From: Eledone cirrhosa
Taxonomy: Eukaryota
DNA length: 64,000 nucleotides
Assembly: GCA_964016885.1 (NCBI GenBank)
Contig: OZ024746.1
Coordinates: 95,294,001-95,358,000, forward strand
Direction of reading: 5' to 3'
Part shown: piece by piece, positions 52,381 to 64,000 of the stretch
Layout of the letters: each line of letters starts with the position of its first letter
Position numbering within the stretch: the stretch's first letter is position 1
Program-made: the position numbers and the translations under genes
Notes under the pieces: generated by a model
Seen by the model: the letters and a program-made list of their open reading frames with translations, nothing else
What the model was told of the DNA's origin: nothing
Databases searched by the model: none

Positions 52381-53680
52381 CATCATCATCATCATCATTT
52401 TACGTCCGCTTTTCCCTGCTTGCAAGGGTGGGACGGGTCTTATTCAGCACAGCATCTCTCCACTCGTCACGGTCCCTCATCATCTCCACCGTGAGCTTCA
52501 ATGATCTGAGGTCTGTTCTCACCACCTCCGCCCATGTTTTTCGTGGTCTACCTCTACCACGTCTTCCTTCAACTGGCATTTCCTGGCACTTCTTCACCCA
52601 TCGGTCATCCTCCATGCGCATCACATGTCCATACCACCTCAGTCTCCTCTCCCGTACACTACATTCTATCCCTCTCAGACACAGTTTCTCTCTCAACACA
52701 TTTATGCTGGGTCGTTCTCGCACATTTACACTGCACATCCAACGGAGCATGCTTGCCTCATTTCTCTCCAGCCGTCGCATATCTTCTGCGGTTGCTGCCC
52801 ATGTCTCACTACCATGCAGCATCGCGCTCCTCACACAGGCATCATACAACCGGCCTTTCGTACGCAGGGAGAAACCCTTCTTCATCAACAGAGGAAGCAG
52901 CTCCCTAAACTTCTTCCAACCCGTCCTTATTCTAGATACTATGGCCTCGGAACACCCTCCTCCCATGCTAATCTGATCTCCTAAGTACCGGAAGCTATCC
53001 ACCACTTCTATAGCGCCCTCTCGCATTTGAAAAATGTGTCTATCAGTGCGACTTCTACTGTCTAATTTCCCTGTACATCTACTGCATACATATTTCTCCC
53101 TACCTGTTAGTTTGCCTGCTATCCCGCTACATCTCTTGTGTACCCAGGACCTACATTGTGTGCATTTTATAGAATTTATGCCAGTTCCTTTTCTGCATAT
53201 CGAACATGGCCATTTCCCTGACGGAATCAGGGTTTTGTCCTCTTTTATACTCATCAACACTTTTGTCTTAGCTAGATTTACTCTCAGTCCTCTTGCTTCC
53301 AACTGCTGTTTCCATAGCCGGAATTTATTCTCTAGCTCCTCTACTGATTCTGCCATAAGAGCCAGATCGTCAGCATAGAGAAGTTCCCATGGACAGCCAG
53401 TCTTAAACTCCTCTGTTATGGCTTGGAGGACTATAATGAACAAGAGCGGGCTGAGGACCGAACCCTGATGTACTCCTACTTGTATCTGGAATTCCTCACT
53501 AAACTCCATTCCTACCCTGACTTTACTGAGAGTACCTCTGTACAAAGTTTGCACTGTCCTTACAAGCCATTCCTCAACACCCAGCTTCCTTAGGGACCAC
53601 CAGATGACAGATCGGGGTACCCTATCAAAGGCCTTCTCTAGGTCAACAAAGGCTAAGTATAGTGGCTTATTCTTCTCTAA
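52381..53680 (-). mobile_element. 5'-truncated RTE-clade LINE, young copy with an open RT C-terminal frame
   Basis: AFVDLEKAFDRV, GVHQGSVLSPLLF, LLYADDL, RERRLRWYGHV and RGRPRKTW motifs; ORF 52400..53554; (GAT)n 3' tail; flanked by (TA)n. Confidence 0.93.
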
Positions 53681-53785
53681 GAAGAATAAGCCACTATACT
53701 TAGCCTTTGTTGACCTAGAGAAGGCCTATATATATATATAGTGACGAAACATAAGTCAATTGCATGAACTCATAATCCTTTATTT

Positions 53786-53841
53786 ACTGGTATATATATT
53801 TCGATGATAGCCATTGAATGGCTATGACCTCATCAGGCAGT
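53786..53841 (-). ncRNA. Minimal type I hammerhead ribozyme motif (Penelope-like pLTR remnant)
   Basis: - strand ACTGC CTGATGA GGTCATAGCCATTCAATGGCTATCATC GAAA TATATA TA CCAGT, then AATAAA. The partial sister copy at 55121..55200 has GCAGT, which restores stem I. Confidence 0.7.
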
Positions 53842-53916
53842 TAGTCAGTTCTTAGATATGCCAGCTCTGTGTTTATGGTGTTGATGGTATCAGAGCCTTG
53901 GGACATAAGGGCACTG

Positions 53917-53961
<45 letters not shown>

Positions 53962-54218
53962 TATATACAGTGCCCTTATGGCAAATATAAAAAAGATGAC
54001 TGAAGCTCACGGTGGAGATGACGAAGGACCGTGACGAGTGGAGAGATGCTGTGCTGAATAAGACCCGTCACACCCTTGAAAGCAGGGAAGAGCGGACGTA
54101 AAATGATGATGATGATATACAAGGGAACAGGTGAAGGCTTCAAGAACATCATCTTTGTCTGTTCCCTTGTTGTTTTAATTTGGATTGCCTTGGGAATGGA
54201 ACCTTATTGTGTAAGAAG

Positions 54219-54291
54219 CTGTCTGATGAGATCATGACACTGGTTAGGCGGAATCGCATGGCCATTGTCGCCATTGAAATATGTATCACAG
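54219..54291 (+). ncRNA. Degenerate type I hammerhead ribozyme motif (Penelope-like pLTR remnant)
   Basis: CTGT CTGATGA [long degenerate stem II] GAAA TATGTA TC ACAG, followed by AATAAA and a tail ending in (TA)n. The same tail occurs inverted near 59950..59985. Confidence 0.6.
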
Positions 54292-55347
54292 TATTATCAA
54301 TAAAGGACTTTAACTTATGAAACTACTTCGTATTTTCTTATTCTATATATATATATATATATATATAATTGTTTCTACTTTTGGCACAAGGCCAGCAATT
54401 ACTCAGTACATTACTGGTACTTTATTTTATCGACCCTGTAAGGATGAAAGGCAAAGTTAACCTCGGCGGGATTTGAACTCAGACCATAAAGGGCCGTAAC
54501 TCTATGCTGCAAATCATGGCGTCCGACCCTCTACCGATACTGCCAAATATAACCAAGTTAGCTAGGTTGAAAAAATACTAATTTAAAACAATATGGTTTG
54601 CTTTTTATTGATTTATTACTTTAGATTTCTATTGATTTATTACTTTAAATCGAGTCAGGCAAACCATATTGTTTTAAATTAGTATTTTTTCAACCTAACT
54701 AACTTGGTCATTTACAATTGGAACACATATATACTTATATCTGTGTTTACCCCTCTCATATATCCAATTATATTACACGGCTCGGAAAGATTCCCATCTT
54801 TGAGCTATTTAATTGTAAAAGACTATTTTGAGTTTCTAACTCAATCTATGATATATATATATATATAGAATATATCATCATCACTGTTTTACATCCGTTC
54901 TTCTGTGTTAGCATGGGTTAGACAGGTTGTCCTGTTGTGGGCAGTGTCCAGTTGGCTGACCTTGTCTTGCTCATACAGGAACTGATTCTGACTTGATTTC
55001 TACAGCTGGATGCCCTTCCTAACACCAACCTCATTTACAATGAGTGCTGGGTGCTTTTTTTCCGTGGCGCCTACACGTCCACTTTACAGTGGGAGGGGGT
55101 GGGGGCATTTTGTCTATCATAATGGCTATCATCGAAATATATATAGCAGTAAATAAAGGATTATGAGTTCATGCAATTGACTTATGTTTCGTCACTATAT
55201 ATCTATATATATATATATATATAGTAATAATAATAAATTTGAAGACTAAAATCCAAAGAGGGCTCGATAAGGATAAATATATATCAAATATATAAGAACC
55301 GTAGAGCAAATATTTATTAAAATAACAGATTAAAGTTTAATCTGTTA

Positions 55348-55398
<51 letters not shown>

Positions 55399-56011
55399 TT
55401 TTTAACTTACATCTTTTATTTATTGTGTTGTCTACACAGTTATTTATTATAAATCTTTGATCTTTATGTAATTTTTGTCTTTGTATATCATCCCTAACCT
55501 ACCGCCACCATTATCTTCTTCTCCTCTTCCTCCTTCTTCTTTGCCCATTTATTCCTGAGAGGGTCGTGGGGACAGAGTCAGAGTCTTCAAACACTCCTTG
55601 TAAAGGGTCCTGTCAGAAGCAGCTGTCTCCAACTGATTTGGCTGGATACTCAATTGAGACCAGCCAAGCTCATCGATGTTATCCAACCATCTTGCTCGGG
55701 GTCTACCATTCATCTATCATGAATGGTTAACTTTACCATTCATTATTTTGTGGTTGACAGGCAGTAGTGGATTGTTAGTATCAGTAGAAGGCCGGACGCC
55801 ATGCTTTCCAGCATAGTTACGTCCCTTTACGGTTTGAGTTCAAATCTCGCCGAGGTTGACTTTGCTTTTCATCCTTAGATAAAATAAAGTACCAGTAATG
55901 CACTGGGTAATTTGCTGGCCTGGTGCCAAAAGTAGAAACAATTATTTTGTGGTTGATAAAATAAAGTATCAGTCAAGTACTGCGGTCAACATAATTGACT
56001 TTCTCCTACAC

Positions 56012-58447
56012 CACAGGTTCTCAACCCATTTAGGCCAAACGCCCCTTTTTGTCCCTCGAAATCACAAACGCCCCCTACCCTATTTTTCCTTTTTTCAATA
56101 TACTACTGATTTTGATATCAGTAGATTACTAAAAAATTTATTAACAATATTCCAAAGATACGATTGCAGGCAGCTGAGAGTATAAATACATTCCTTGAAA
56201 GGAAATATATAAATTTAAAAAAAAGAACATAAATGTTCTTTTTTATGAATAAGGACCAGTTGAATTTGTTATATTCCCACCAGGCGATACCAGCTATTTT
56301 GAACAGTTATACAAGAGCAACTCTGTCTATCCCAAGAGTGCTCTTATCTGGAAGAAAGTGGCAATTATATCATTTCAAAGCTTTCCAATGTTCCCTTTAA
56401 TGAAATGGACAGAATAAATGTTGATATCAAACTTGATGTCCCCTCTGCTTTGTGAGCTTAGAGACCCCGAAAGAGGGTTTTCATGACCACGCTGGAGGAT
56501 ATATTTATTAATAAATGGTAAAATATATACAACAAATGAGTAAGTGAATTGTGGTAGATAGTTTCCAGTCCAGTCAGACTGCAACTACAAATAAAAAAAT
56601 TATTAGTTTGCTTTGTAACAATAGCATATCCAAGTTTTCGGATAAATTAACTTACTTTAATTTTGACCTCATTTCAATGGGACCCTTGAGCTTCATGGAG
56701 TCTAGCTAACTCGTTGACGTGAGGGTGAATTTTCCTAAGATGTAGCCAGAGATCTCCACGTGTAATTACATTGTAGTGGTTGCGAGACTTACTGTGCAGT
56801 CTGGAAACAGCACCAAACCTCCTCTCGACTAAGTATGAGCTTGGAAAAGGCAAAGCAAATCTCTTAGCCTCTGCATGTAGGTGTAGAAATTAACGCTGAA
56901 TTTCCTCTTGCATCCCAGAAAGAGGTTCACCTATTTTGGGAAATCTAATTTTGATCATGTCATCTGCTTGAGTTCAATGAATTCTTCTTGAAATTTAACG
57001 TCCAAATCGTCGACGTTAGCTATGAAGGGATCTGCTATCCACATTGGGATGTCCATCGGCAAAAGGTCGACAAACCGTTCTCTCATGTTGTCTTGTAGCG
57101 CACGGAGGTGAGTGGTATAAATTTGGAGTTGGTCATCGCTTACAATGTTTTGAACATTGGCGACACTAGGAAAATTATAGAATTCCCGTCAACAAAGATT
57201 CCTTTCGATGACATTCAATTTGGCCAAGAATGTTTCACAGCATTCCTTGCTTTAAGCAAGGTGATCTTCTTCCCCTGCAAAGCCAAAATGACGCTATTAC
57301 ATTTGTCGAAGATGTCGGGGAGGTAGGTGCAGTCTTGCCTCACATCGAGGGTTTTCTTGTACAGTTCTGTGTTGCGTCCTCGCAGAAACTCAATGATAGA
57401 GTCGAAGAGTTCAAAGAAGTGAGTAAAGCATTTGCCCTTTGAAAGCCACCTCAGTATGAAGGAGCAACTTGACGAATTCTTCATCATTATCTTGGCACAG
57501 TTGCCGGAAAATTTGTTCATTGAAGGAATGCCGTTTGATAAAATTGATGCCATCAATGGCCACCTGCAAGGACTTGCTTAGCGGCTCACTGAGTTTCTTC
57601 GCAGCCAAGTGTTGTCGATGAATGACACAATGAACAACAAATACAGATAGATTTTCTCTCTTCAGAAGAGTGACGAAGCCCTTATGTTGGCTGACCATTG
57701 CTCTTGCGTTGTCCGTAGCACATGATACAATGTGTATTGTATGTGGTCCTAGATGTATGTATTACCTGCCTGTGTGTTGTATGTGGTCCTAGATGTGTGT
57801 ATTACCTGCTTATGTGTTGTATGTGGTCCTAGATGTTTGTATTACCTGCTTATGTGTTGTATGTGGTCCTAGATGTATGTATTACCTGCCTGTGTGTTGT
57901 ATGTGGTCCTAGACATGTGTATTATCTGATTATGTGTTGTATTTTATCCTAGATGTGTGTGCTACCCGCTTCTGTTTTTTCTTTTCTTTTTTTATTTATA
58001 ATATTATTTATACAATAGGGAATAAAATAGATCTACATAGTGTTAACTCGTTACTGTTGAGTTAATAATTTCAGACATGAAATACATTGTTATCGATGAA
58101 TGAAATATAAGATTCTAACTGGCTGTGCTCAAAGTATCCTTGACCCAGTTGACTGTGGGTTTTTCCATTTTTAGGATCTCAATTACTGGTTAATGTTTCA
58201 ATTACCAGACATGTCTGCACACCTGCTCACAGTTGCTGTCAGACTATAGTTATGCTGTCTGCAAGCTCATTCAAATGCATTCACACTGGCTGTCTCAAAG
58301 ACATACAAATATGGCTTATAAAACTTAGCAAAATAAATAGCCTTCCATCACCCCCTAATGGAACCTTGCTCCCAAATGCCCCCCTGGAGTTCCCAAACGC
58401 CCCCCCGGGGTGCATATTCCCCCCCCCCCCCCTGTTGAGAACCTTTG
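56012..58447 (-). mobile_element. Internally deleted hAT (Buster/Charlie-like) DNA transposon nested in a SINE tail
   Basis: TIRs cacaggttctcaac and gttgagaacctttg (1 mismatch). Degenerate 8-bp TSD tccTAcac/accTActa. Transposase remnants HCVIHRQHLAAK, LLLHTEV-RWLSKG and FPSSYLVERRFG. Confidence 0.85.
57731..57970. repeat. 40-bp tandem repeat, about 6 copies, inside the hAT element
   Basis: atgtggtcct recurs at 57741, 57781, 57821, 57861 and 57901. Confidence 0.93.
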
Positions 58448-60059
58448 ACCTACTAGCCTTGTGCTTAAATCAGAACTCGTTATTATTAATTGTCCTCCTT
58501 TCATCCTTATGGGGTCGATAAAATAAAGCACCAGTAATGCACGTGGGTCAATTTAATCAACTTTCCTCTCCCCCAAATTGCTGGCCTTGTGCCTATAGTA
58601 GAAATCATTATTATTAACTGTTCTATTAAAGGCAGTGGATTGGCAGTATCAGTAGAGTGTTGGACACCATGCTTTGCAGCAAAGAGTTACATCCCTTTAC
58701 GGCCTGAGTTCAAATCCCGCCAAAGTTAGCTTTGCCTTTCATCCTTATGCAGTCGATAAAATAAAGTACCAGTAATACACTGGAGTCGATTTTTTCAACT
58801 TTCTCCTCCTCCAAAATTGTTGGCCTTGTGCCTAAATCAGAAAATATTATTAACTATCCTGCTTGCTATTTCCTAGTGTTATACATCACACATTTTTGGG
58901 CTTATGTCAAATGGTCGTGTAGGTGTCACAACCAAAAGCACCCGGTACTCACTGTAAATGAGGTTGGCGCAAGGAAGGGCATCCAGCTTTAGAAACCAAA
59001 CCAAAATTGGTTTTGTATGAGCATGAAATGATCACCTGACCTAGCATTGCTCACAACAGGATAACTCGTCCAACCCATGCCAGCGTGGAAAAATAGATGT
59101 TGATGATGATGATGATGATATGAAACAGCTGCTATCATATGTAGTACAGATCTAGCTATCAGTGAAGAAAGAAAATCAAACCCCACACCTTCTTTTGGCA
59201 TTCAAGGATATCAAGTCTTCCTATGCTGTAATGGTAGACAGAACTGAGAGGTTTGCGGATAAGGATCTCCCTTATCTCAAGCTCTCATCAACTTCTTTAA
59301 GTACCACTAGAAGAAGAAGAGGAGAGCAGAGAGAGGATGGAGAGCTACCTTCTACTGTGTTTCATGAAAGGTGGATGAGAATGGCAAGACTAGGGAGGCT
59401 GGGTTTATTCTGACTATGATTTTCTAAACTGGAGCAGTTTTGAATGGCTTTCGTGCAACCTAGTAACCTGGAATTTTGTGGTATTGGGGAAGTCCCTGGA
59501 ATTTATCCTATGTAGTCTTCCCATCCTATTGAAGAACTTTTCTTTCATCATCATCACCATTTTATGTCCATTGTTCCACACTGGCATGGGTTAGATAAGT
59601 TGTCCTGTTGTGGGCAATGCTAGGTCAGGTGACCATGCCTTGCTTATACAGAACCGATTTTGGCTTGGTGTCTACAGTTGGATGCCCTTCCTAGCACCAA
59701 CCTCATTTTTTATTGAACTTTATTGTTTTTTATTGTATTGTTATTATTGCCATTCATGATTATTACTAGATGGATTAGCAGTATCGGTAGAGAGTCTGAC
59801 ACCATGCTTTGCAGCATAGAGTTATGGCCCTTTACGGTCTGAGGTTAACTTTGCCTTTCATCCTTACAGGGTCGATAAAATTAAGTACCAGTAATGCACT
59901 GGGATAATTGCTGGCCTTGTGCCAAAAGTAGAAACAATTATATATATATATATAGAATAAGAAAATACGAAGTAGTTTCATATGTTAATGCACTGGGGTC
60001 GATTTAACCTACTTTCCCCTCCTCCAAAATTGCTGGCCTTGTGCCTAAACCAGAAACCA

Positions 60060-62535
60060 TTGTTGTTATAATTATTGTTCTTTGAGTCTCAGTCATTGAT
60101 GTTAGTTAACTGGAAAGTTTGTTCAAATGAACATCAAGCCGCTACCTGCAGCCTCAGATATTCAGGATATATTGGAGGGTTCTTGCTGTTCCCAGCTAGC
60201 ATGCCCTTTGAAGTGTTCCAAAAAAGGGGACTGGACTAATTTTATTTAACCATCCTTGAAAACTCTTTGAGATAGTACCTAGTGCTCCTACGACAATCGG
60301 GACGACCTTGATCTCATGACAGTCCCAAATCCTTTATATTTCCCACTTTAAACCCTGGTGTTGGTTAATTTTTTCTCTCTCCTTTTCTTGCATTCTCGTG
60401 TCAAAGGGACAGGCTACATCTACAATCATGCACAATCTTTTTTTCTTTGTCAAAAACCAACTGGTCATGCCTATTGTGTTCTAATTTCTTTTCTATCACT
60501 GATTCTGGCTTATACTCATACCACTTCTCAGAATGTGGTAAATTATTTAGTTTGCATAGATGCCAGTGAATCACCTTTCCTATCATATCACGCCTCCATA
60601 CTTTATAGTGAGTCTGGGCTAGATGTTTACACTCAGATACAATGTGAGCCATGGTCTCCTCTCTCTTTCCACAGACCCTATAGTGAACTAGCCTCCTCCT
60701 TGTCAATATGGTGTTTCACCCATTTCGTTTTGAGGGCTTGCTCCTGTGCATCCAGTAGCATTCCCTCTAGATTTTTTAAGGTCTCTTTTTAACCAGCTTC
60801 ATGTCTGTGGATCTCTGAATTCCGTTTATTAAAAAAGGTGCTATAAAAGGTTTTTTCATGAAGGTTGCTCTTCCTCTTTGTTGTTACTTCCTTCTTGGAT
60901 ATCCCCTGGTCTATTGTCTTCTCTTTCAGTACAACTTTGAGCATCAGCTCCCTACTCTCAGACACATATTTGTGTAGATCGCTCTTCTCCATCTAAACAC
61001 AATCTTCTACACTGATAAGACCTCTTCCACCTTCAGATCTCTTTAAGTAGAGTCTATCAACATCACTCCTCTTGTGGAACATGCTGTAGGTCATCATTAG
61101 TTTTCTAGTCTTTCTATCCATTTCTTTTTGTTCAGTTACATTCCATTTGAGAATTCCTGCACTGTACCTAATGATAAACACAGCTCGGGTATTTACTGCA
61201 CTTATAACATTCTTACTATTTAGATGTGATTTCAATATGTTCCCATCTCTCCTTATGTATTCAGTTCTTATAAATTCCTTCATTTTATTGTTCTTGATGT
61301 CATCTGCCTCCAGAATACCCAAATACCAGTACCATTCTTCAGTGTCGATTTCCTTTATCATCTCACCCATTGGCATTTGAATTCCATTGCTTCTGTTCAA
61401 TTTACCCCTCTTCATCACTGGGACTCCACACTTATTAACACCAAATTCCATACATATTACTGAAAATACAGACAGTGTTAACAAGTACATCCAACTCCTT
61501 CTCACTTTTCTCAATAAGTTTTAGATCATCCATGAAGAGGAGGTGGTTGATAGTAAGCTCTCCCCTTTCAAGCTTGTATCTTGCGTTCACTTATCGCAAT
61601 ATAAGGGACAAGGGTATGAGGGTAAGGCCAAACAATAGAGAGGACAAACTATCTCCTTGGAAGATACCTCTCTTGATCTTCACTCCTCCCAAGGATTCTC
61701 CACTTGATGTTAGCTGTCTCCCAGAACTTCATACTTTTACTTAATAGCTGTCTGATGTTATCTGCCACCTTGAAGATCTCTAGGCTTTTGGTTATCCAAG
61801 AATGAAGAACCATGTCGAATGCCTTGTAATCTATCCATCCTATGGCAAGACCAGTATGCGTCCTCTTGCAGTTCCTTATTACCATCTTGTCAATAAGTAA
61901 CTGGCCTTTTGTAGCATGGGACTTCTTTTAGCATCCTTTCTGTTCATCTGGCAATAAGTTGTTTATGTGGAGGTGATAGTAGATTTCCTCAGACACAATG
62001 CTTGTTAACAGTTTCCATATTATAGATAGACATGTGATAGGCCTATAGTTGGTAACATCATTACCCTTGATTCGGTCTTTCATTACCAGAACTGTGGTAT
62101 CTTTTGTCAACCACTCTGGTACTTCACCCAACACATGGCTGTCAGTTTTGAGTGGAGAGATGTTATATTTTTTGTCCAATATCCTTGCATACCATCTGGA
62201 CCTGGTAATTTCCAGTTGGTTAGTTTATTTGCCTGCTTTCTAAGAGTTTCAACCTTGATACTCATATCAGGTTGTTGGAGTGCTTGTTCACTAACCTCCT
62301 TTTTAACAGTCTCAATCCACACTGCCTGACTATTATGTTCAACATCCTACTCCTATATTCCTCTCCAGAATGCCTTAGACTGTTCAGCTCAGGGATCACG
62401 TTGTTACCTCTTTCTTTACCTTCAAGCTGTTCAAATAACATCTTCTGGTTGTTGTTAAACATGCAGTTCTGTCTATACCGACTAACTCTGTTCTCTTTTG
62501 CACTTTTTGCTATAATGCGTTGCTTAAGTTCATTA
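60060..62535 (-). mobile_element. Degenerate R4/Dong-clade non-LTR retrotransposon (RT, CCHC knuckle, restriction-like endonuclease)
   Basis: NYRPITCL, WIDYKAFDMV, GIFQGDSLS and LFMDDL motifs; RSEGGRGLISVED; VCGKREETMAHIVSEC; VPIVVGALG; LGTART near the C-terminus. Many frameshifts. Confidence 0.85.
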
Positions 62536-63674
62536 TTATAATGGCGGATTGGCAGTACCGGTAGAGGGTCGGACGCCATGCTTTGACGCATAGAGTTACA
62601 ACCCTTGCCATTCTGAGTTCAAATCTCGCCGAGGTAAACTTTGCCTTTCATCCTTACGGGGTCAATAAAATGAAGTACCAGTAATGTACTGGGTAATTGC
62701 TGGCCTTGTGCCAAAAGTAGAAACAATTATTATCATTGTTATTAACAATAAATCATTATTACTATCATTTTCATTTTTCTGTGGTAGTAGTGGTGGTGGT
62801 GGTGGTGGTGGTGGAATGGGTGTCATTGGAGTGGGTGTATTTTTTTTATTATTATTATATTGACAGTATCGGTAGAGGGTTGGACGCCATGCTTCACAGT
62901 AAAGTTGTGTCCCTTTACAGTTTGAGTTCAAATCCCGCCGAGGTTAACTTTACCGTTCATACTTATGGGGTCGATAAAATAAAGTACCAGTAATGTACTG
63001 GAATAATTGCTAGCCTTGTGCCAAAAGTAGAAACAATTATTATTACATAAAAGCAATGAGTTAGCAGAATGATGGAAAAATGCATTACGGTATTTAGTTA
63101 CTATTAAGGAGTGCGAGGTTCAGTTCTTAAGGGTGCAAGCAGAGGTCAAGAAAAACAATTTTTTTCATTTTACTTCGAATCATTCAGTGTTTCCTAGCGT
63201 TTTTTTTTTGTTTCAACATAGTATTTATTTAATTAAATCATAGTAGTTAATTAATTAAATAGTAGCAGCTAAGTCGCTGATAATTTGACCTGAAAATTCA
63301 TCTTCCTTTTTCTTATGTGCTAGGCCTAGGAGTGCGGGATGGAATTTCAAAATCTCAAGGGGTGCCACGATAGAAATATGTTAAGAACCACTGCCTTAAC
63401 TCTTTAGCATTTAAACCGGCTGTTTACAGTCAGAATTTTCTCACCTCTTTCTGTCCAAACCAGTCATAATCGGCCTTCATGCCGATGTTAAAGTATTGTT
63501 CTCAAAATAAATAACATCAAAATCTCATAGGTTCACTATTATGTGAGATAATTATGTGAGATAAAGTATTTTCTGTGAAAATACAAAAGTAAATATAGAG
63601 TAATGTGAATGTTAGAGGGTTAAACTGATGACCTTGTGCCAATGTTAAAAAGTATCATTATTATTCAAATCTAA

Positions 63675-63868
63675 GGGCGGTGGATTAGCAGTATCAGTAG
63701 AGGGTCGGACGCCATGCTTTGATGCAAAGAGTTACGTCCCTTTACGATCTGAGTTCAAATCCTGCCGAGGTTAACTTTGCCTTTCATCCTTACGGGGTCG
63801 ATAAAATAAAGTACCAGTAATGTACTGGGTAATTGCTGGCCTTGTGCCAGAAGTAGAAACAATTATTA
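63675..63868 (+). mobile_element. tRNA-derived SINE with Meta/MESC-like core, about 190 bp. Many copies, e.g. 1-115, 2097-2310, 2325-2501, 4017-4203, 8497-8677, 22100-22287, 22294-22500, 31338-31517, 31526-31730, 54366-54546, 55760-55945, 58630-58850, 59770-59940, 62541-62730, 62860-63040, 63884-64000
   Basis: A-box-like TGGCAGTATCGG, B-box GAGTTCAAATC, core gcctttcatccttacggggtcgataaaataaagtacc, (TTA)-type tail. Confidence 0.85.
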
Positions 63869-64000
63869 TTCAAATCTTGAAGAGGGCGGTGGATTGGCAG
63901 TATCAGTAGAGGGTCAGACACCATGCTTTGATGCATAGAGTTACGGCCCCTTCCATTCTGAGTTCAAATCCTGCCGCGGTCAACTTTGCCTTTCATCCTT

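Overview
Repeat-rich animal genomic DNA; the SINE/LINE/MITE/microsatellite landscape suggests an octopod cephalopod (inference). One host gene is supported: a 6-exon MyD88 on the + strand, CDS join(3086..3446, 27406..27468, 29716..29784, 30723..30909, 32258..32349, 37656..37915), 1032 nt, 343 aa. It encodes a death domain, an intermediate domain on two symmetric micro-exons, a TIR domain and a C-terminal extension. Most of the rest is transposon-derived: RTE, R4, CRE-like and Hero-like LINE fragments, two hAT remnants, Helitron pieces, piggyBac-type MITEs, tRNA-derived SINEs and satellites. The most striking object is a young 1878-bp LTR element in MyD88 intron 1 (18066..19943), with apparently identical 367-bp LTRs, a 4-bp TSD and a tRNA-Trp PBS. 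Right after the PBS it carries a DNA copy of the CCA-bearing primer tRNA 3' end fused to 165 nt of antisense LTR, forming a 184-bp hairpin. Both tRNA-derived copies are altered at position 58, the m1A site. Also found: three minimal hammerhead ribozyme motifs in Penelope-like remnants, a cluster of snap-back hairpins, and a MyD88 intron that is about 99% satellite DNA. All comparisons were made by eye; no searches were run.
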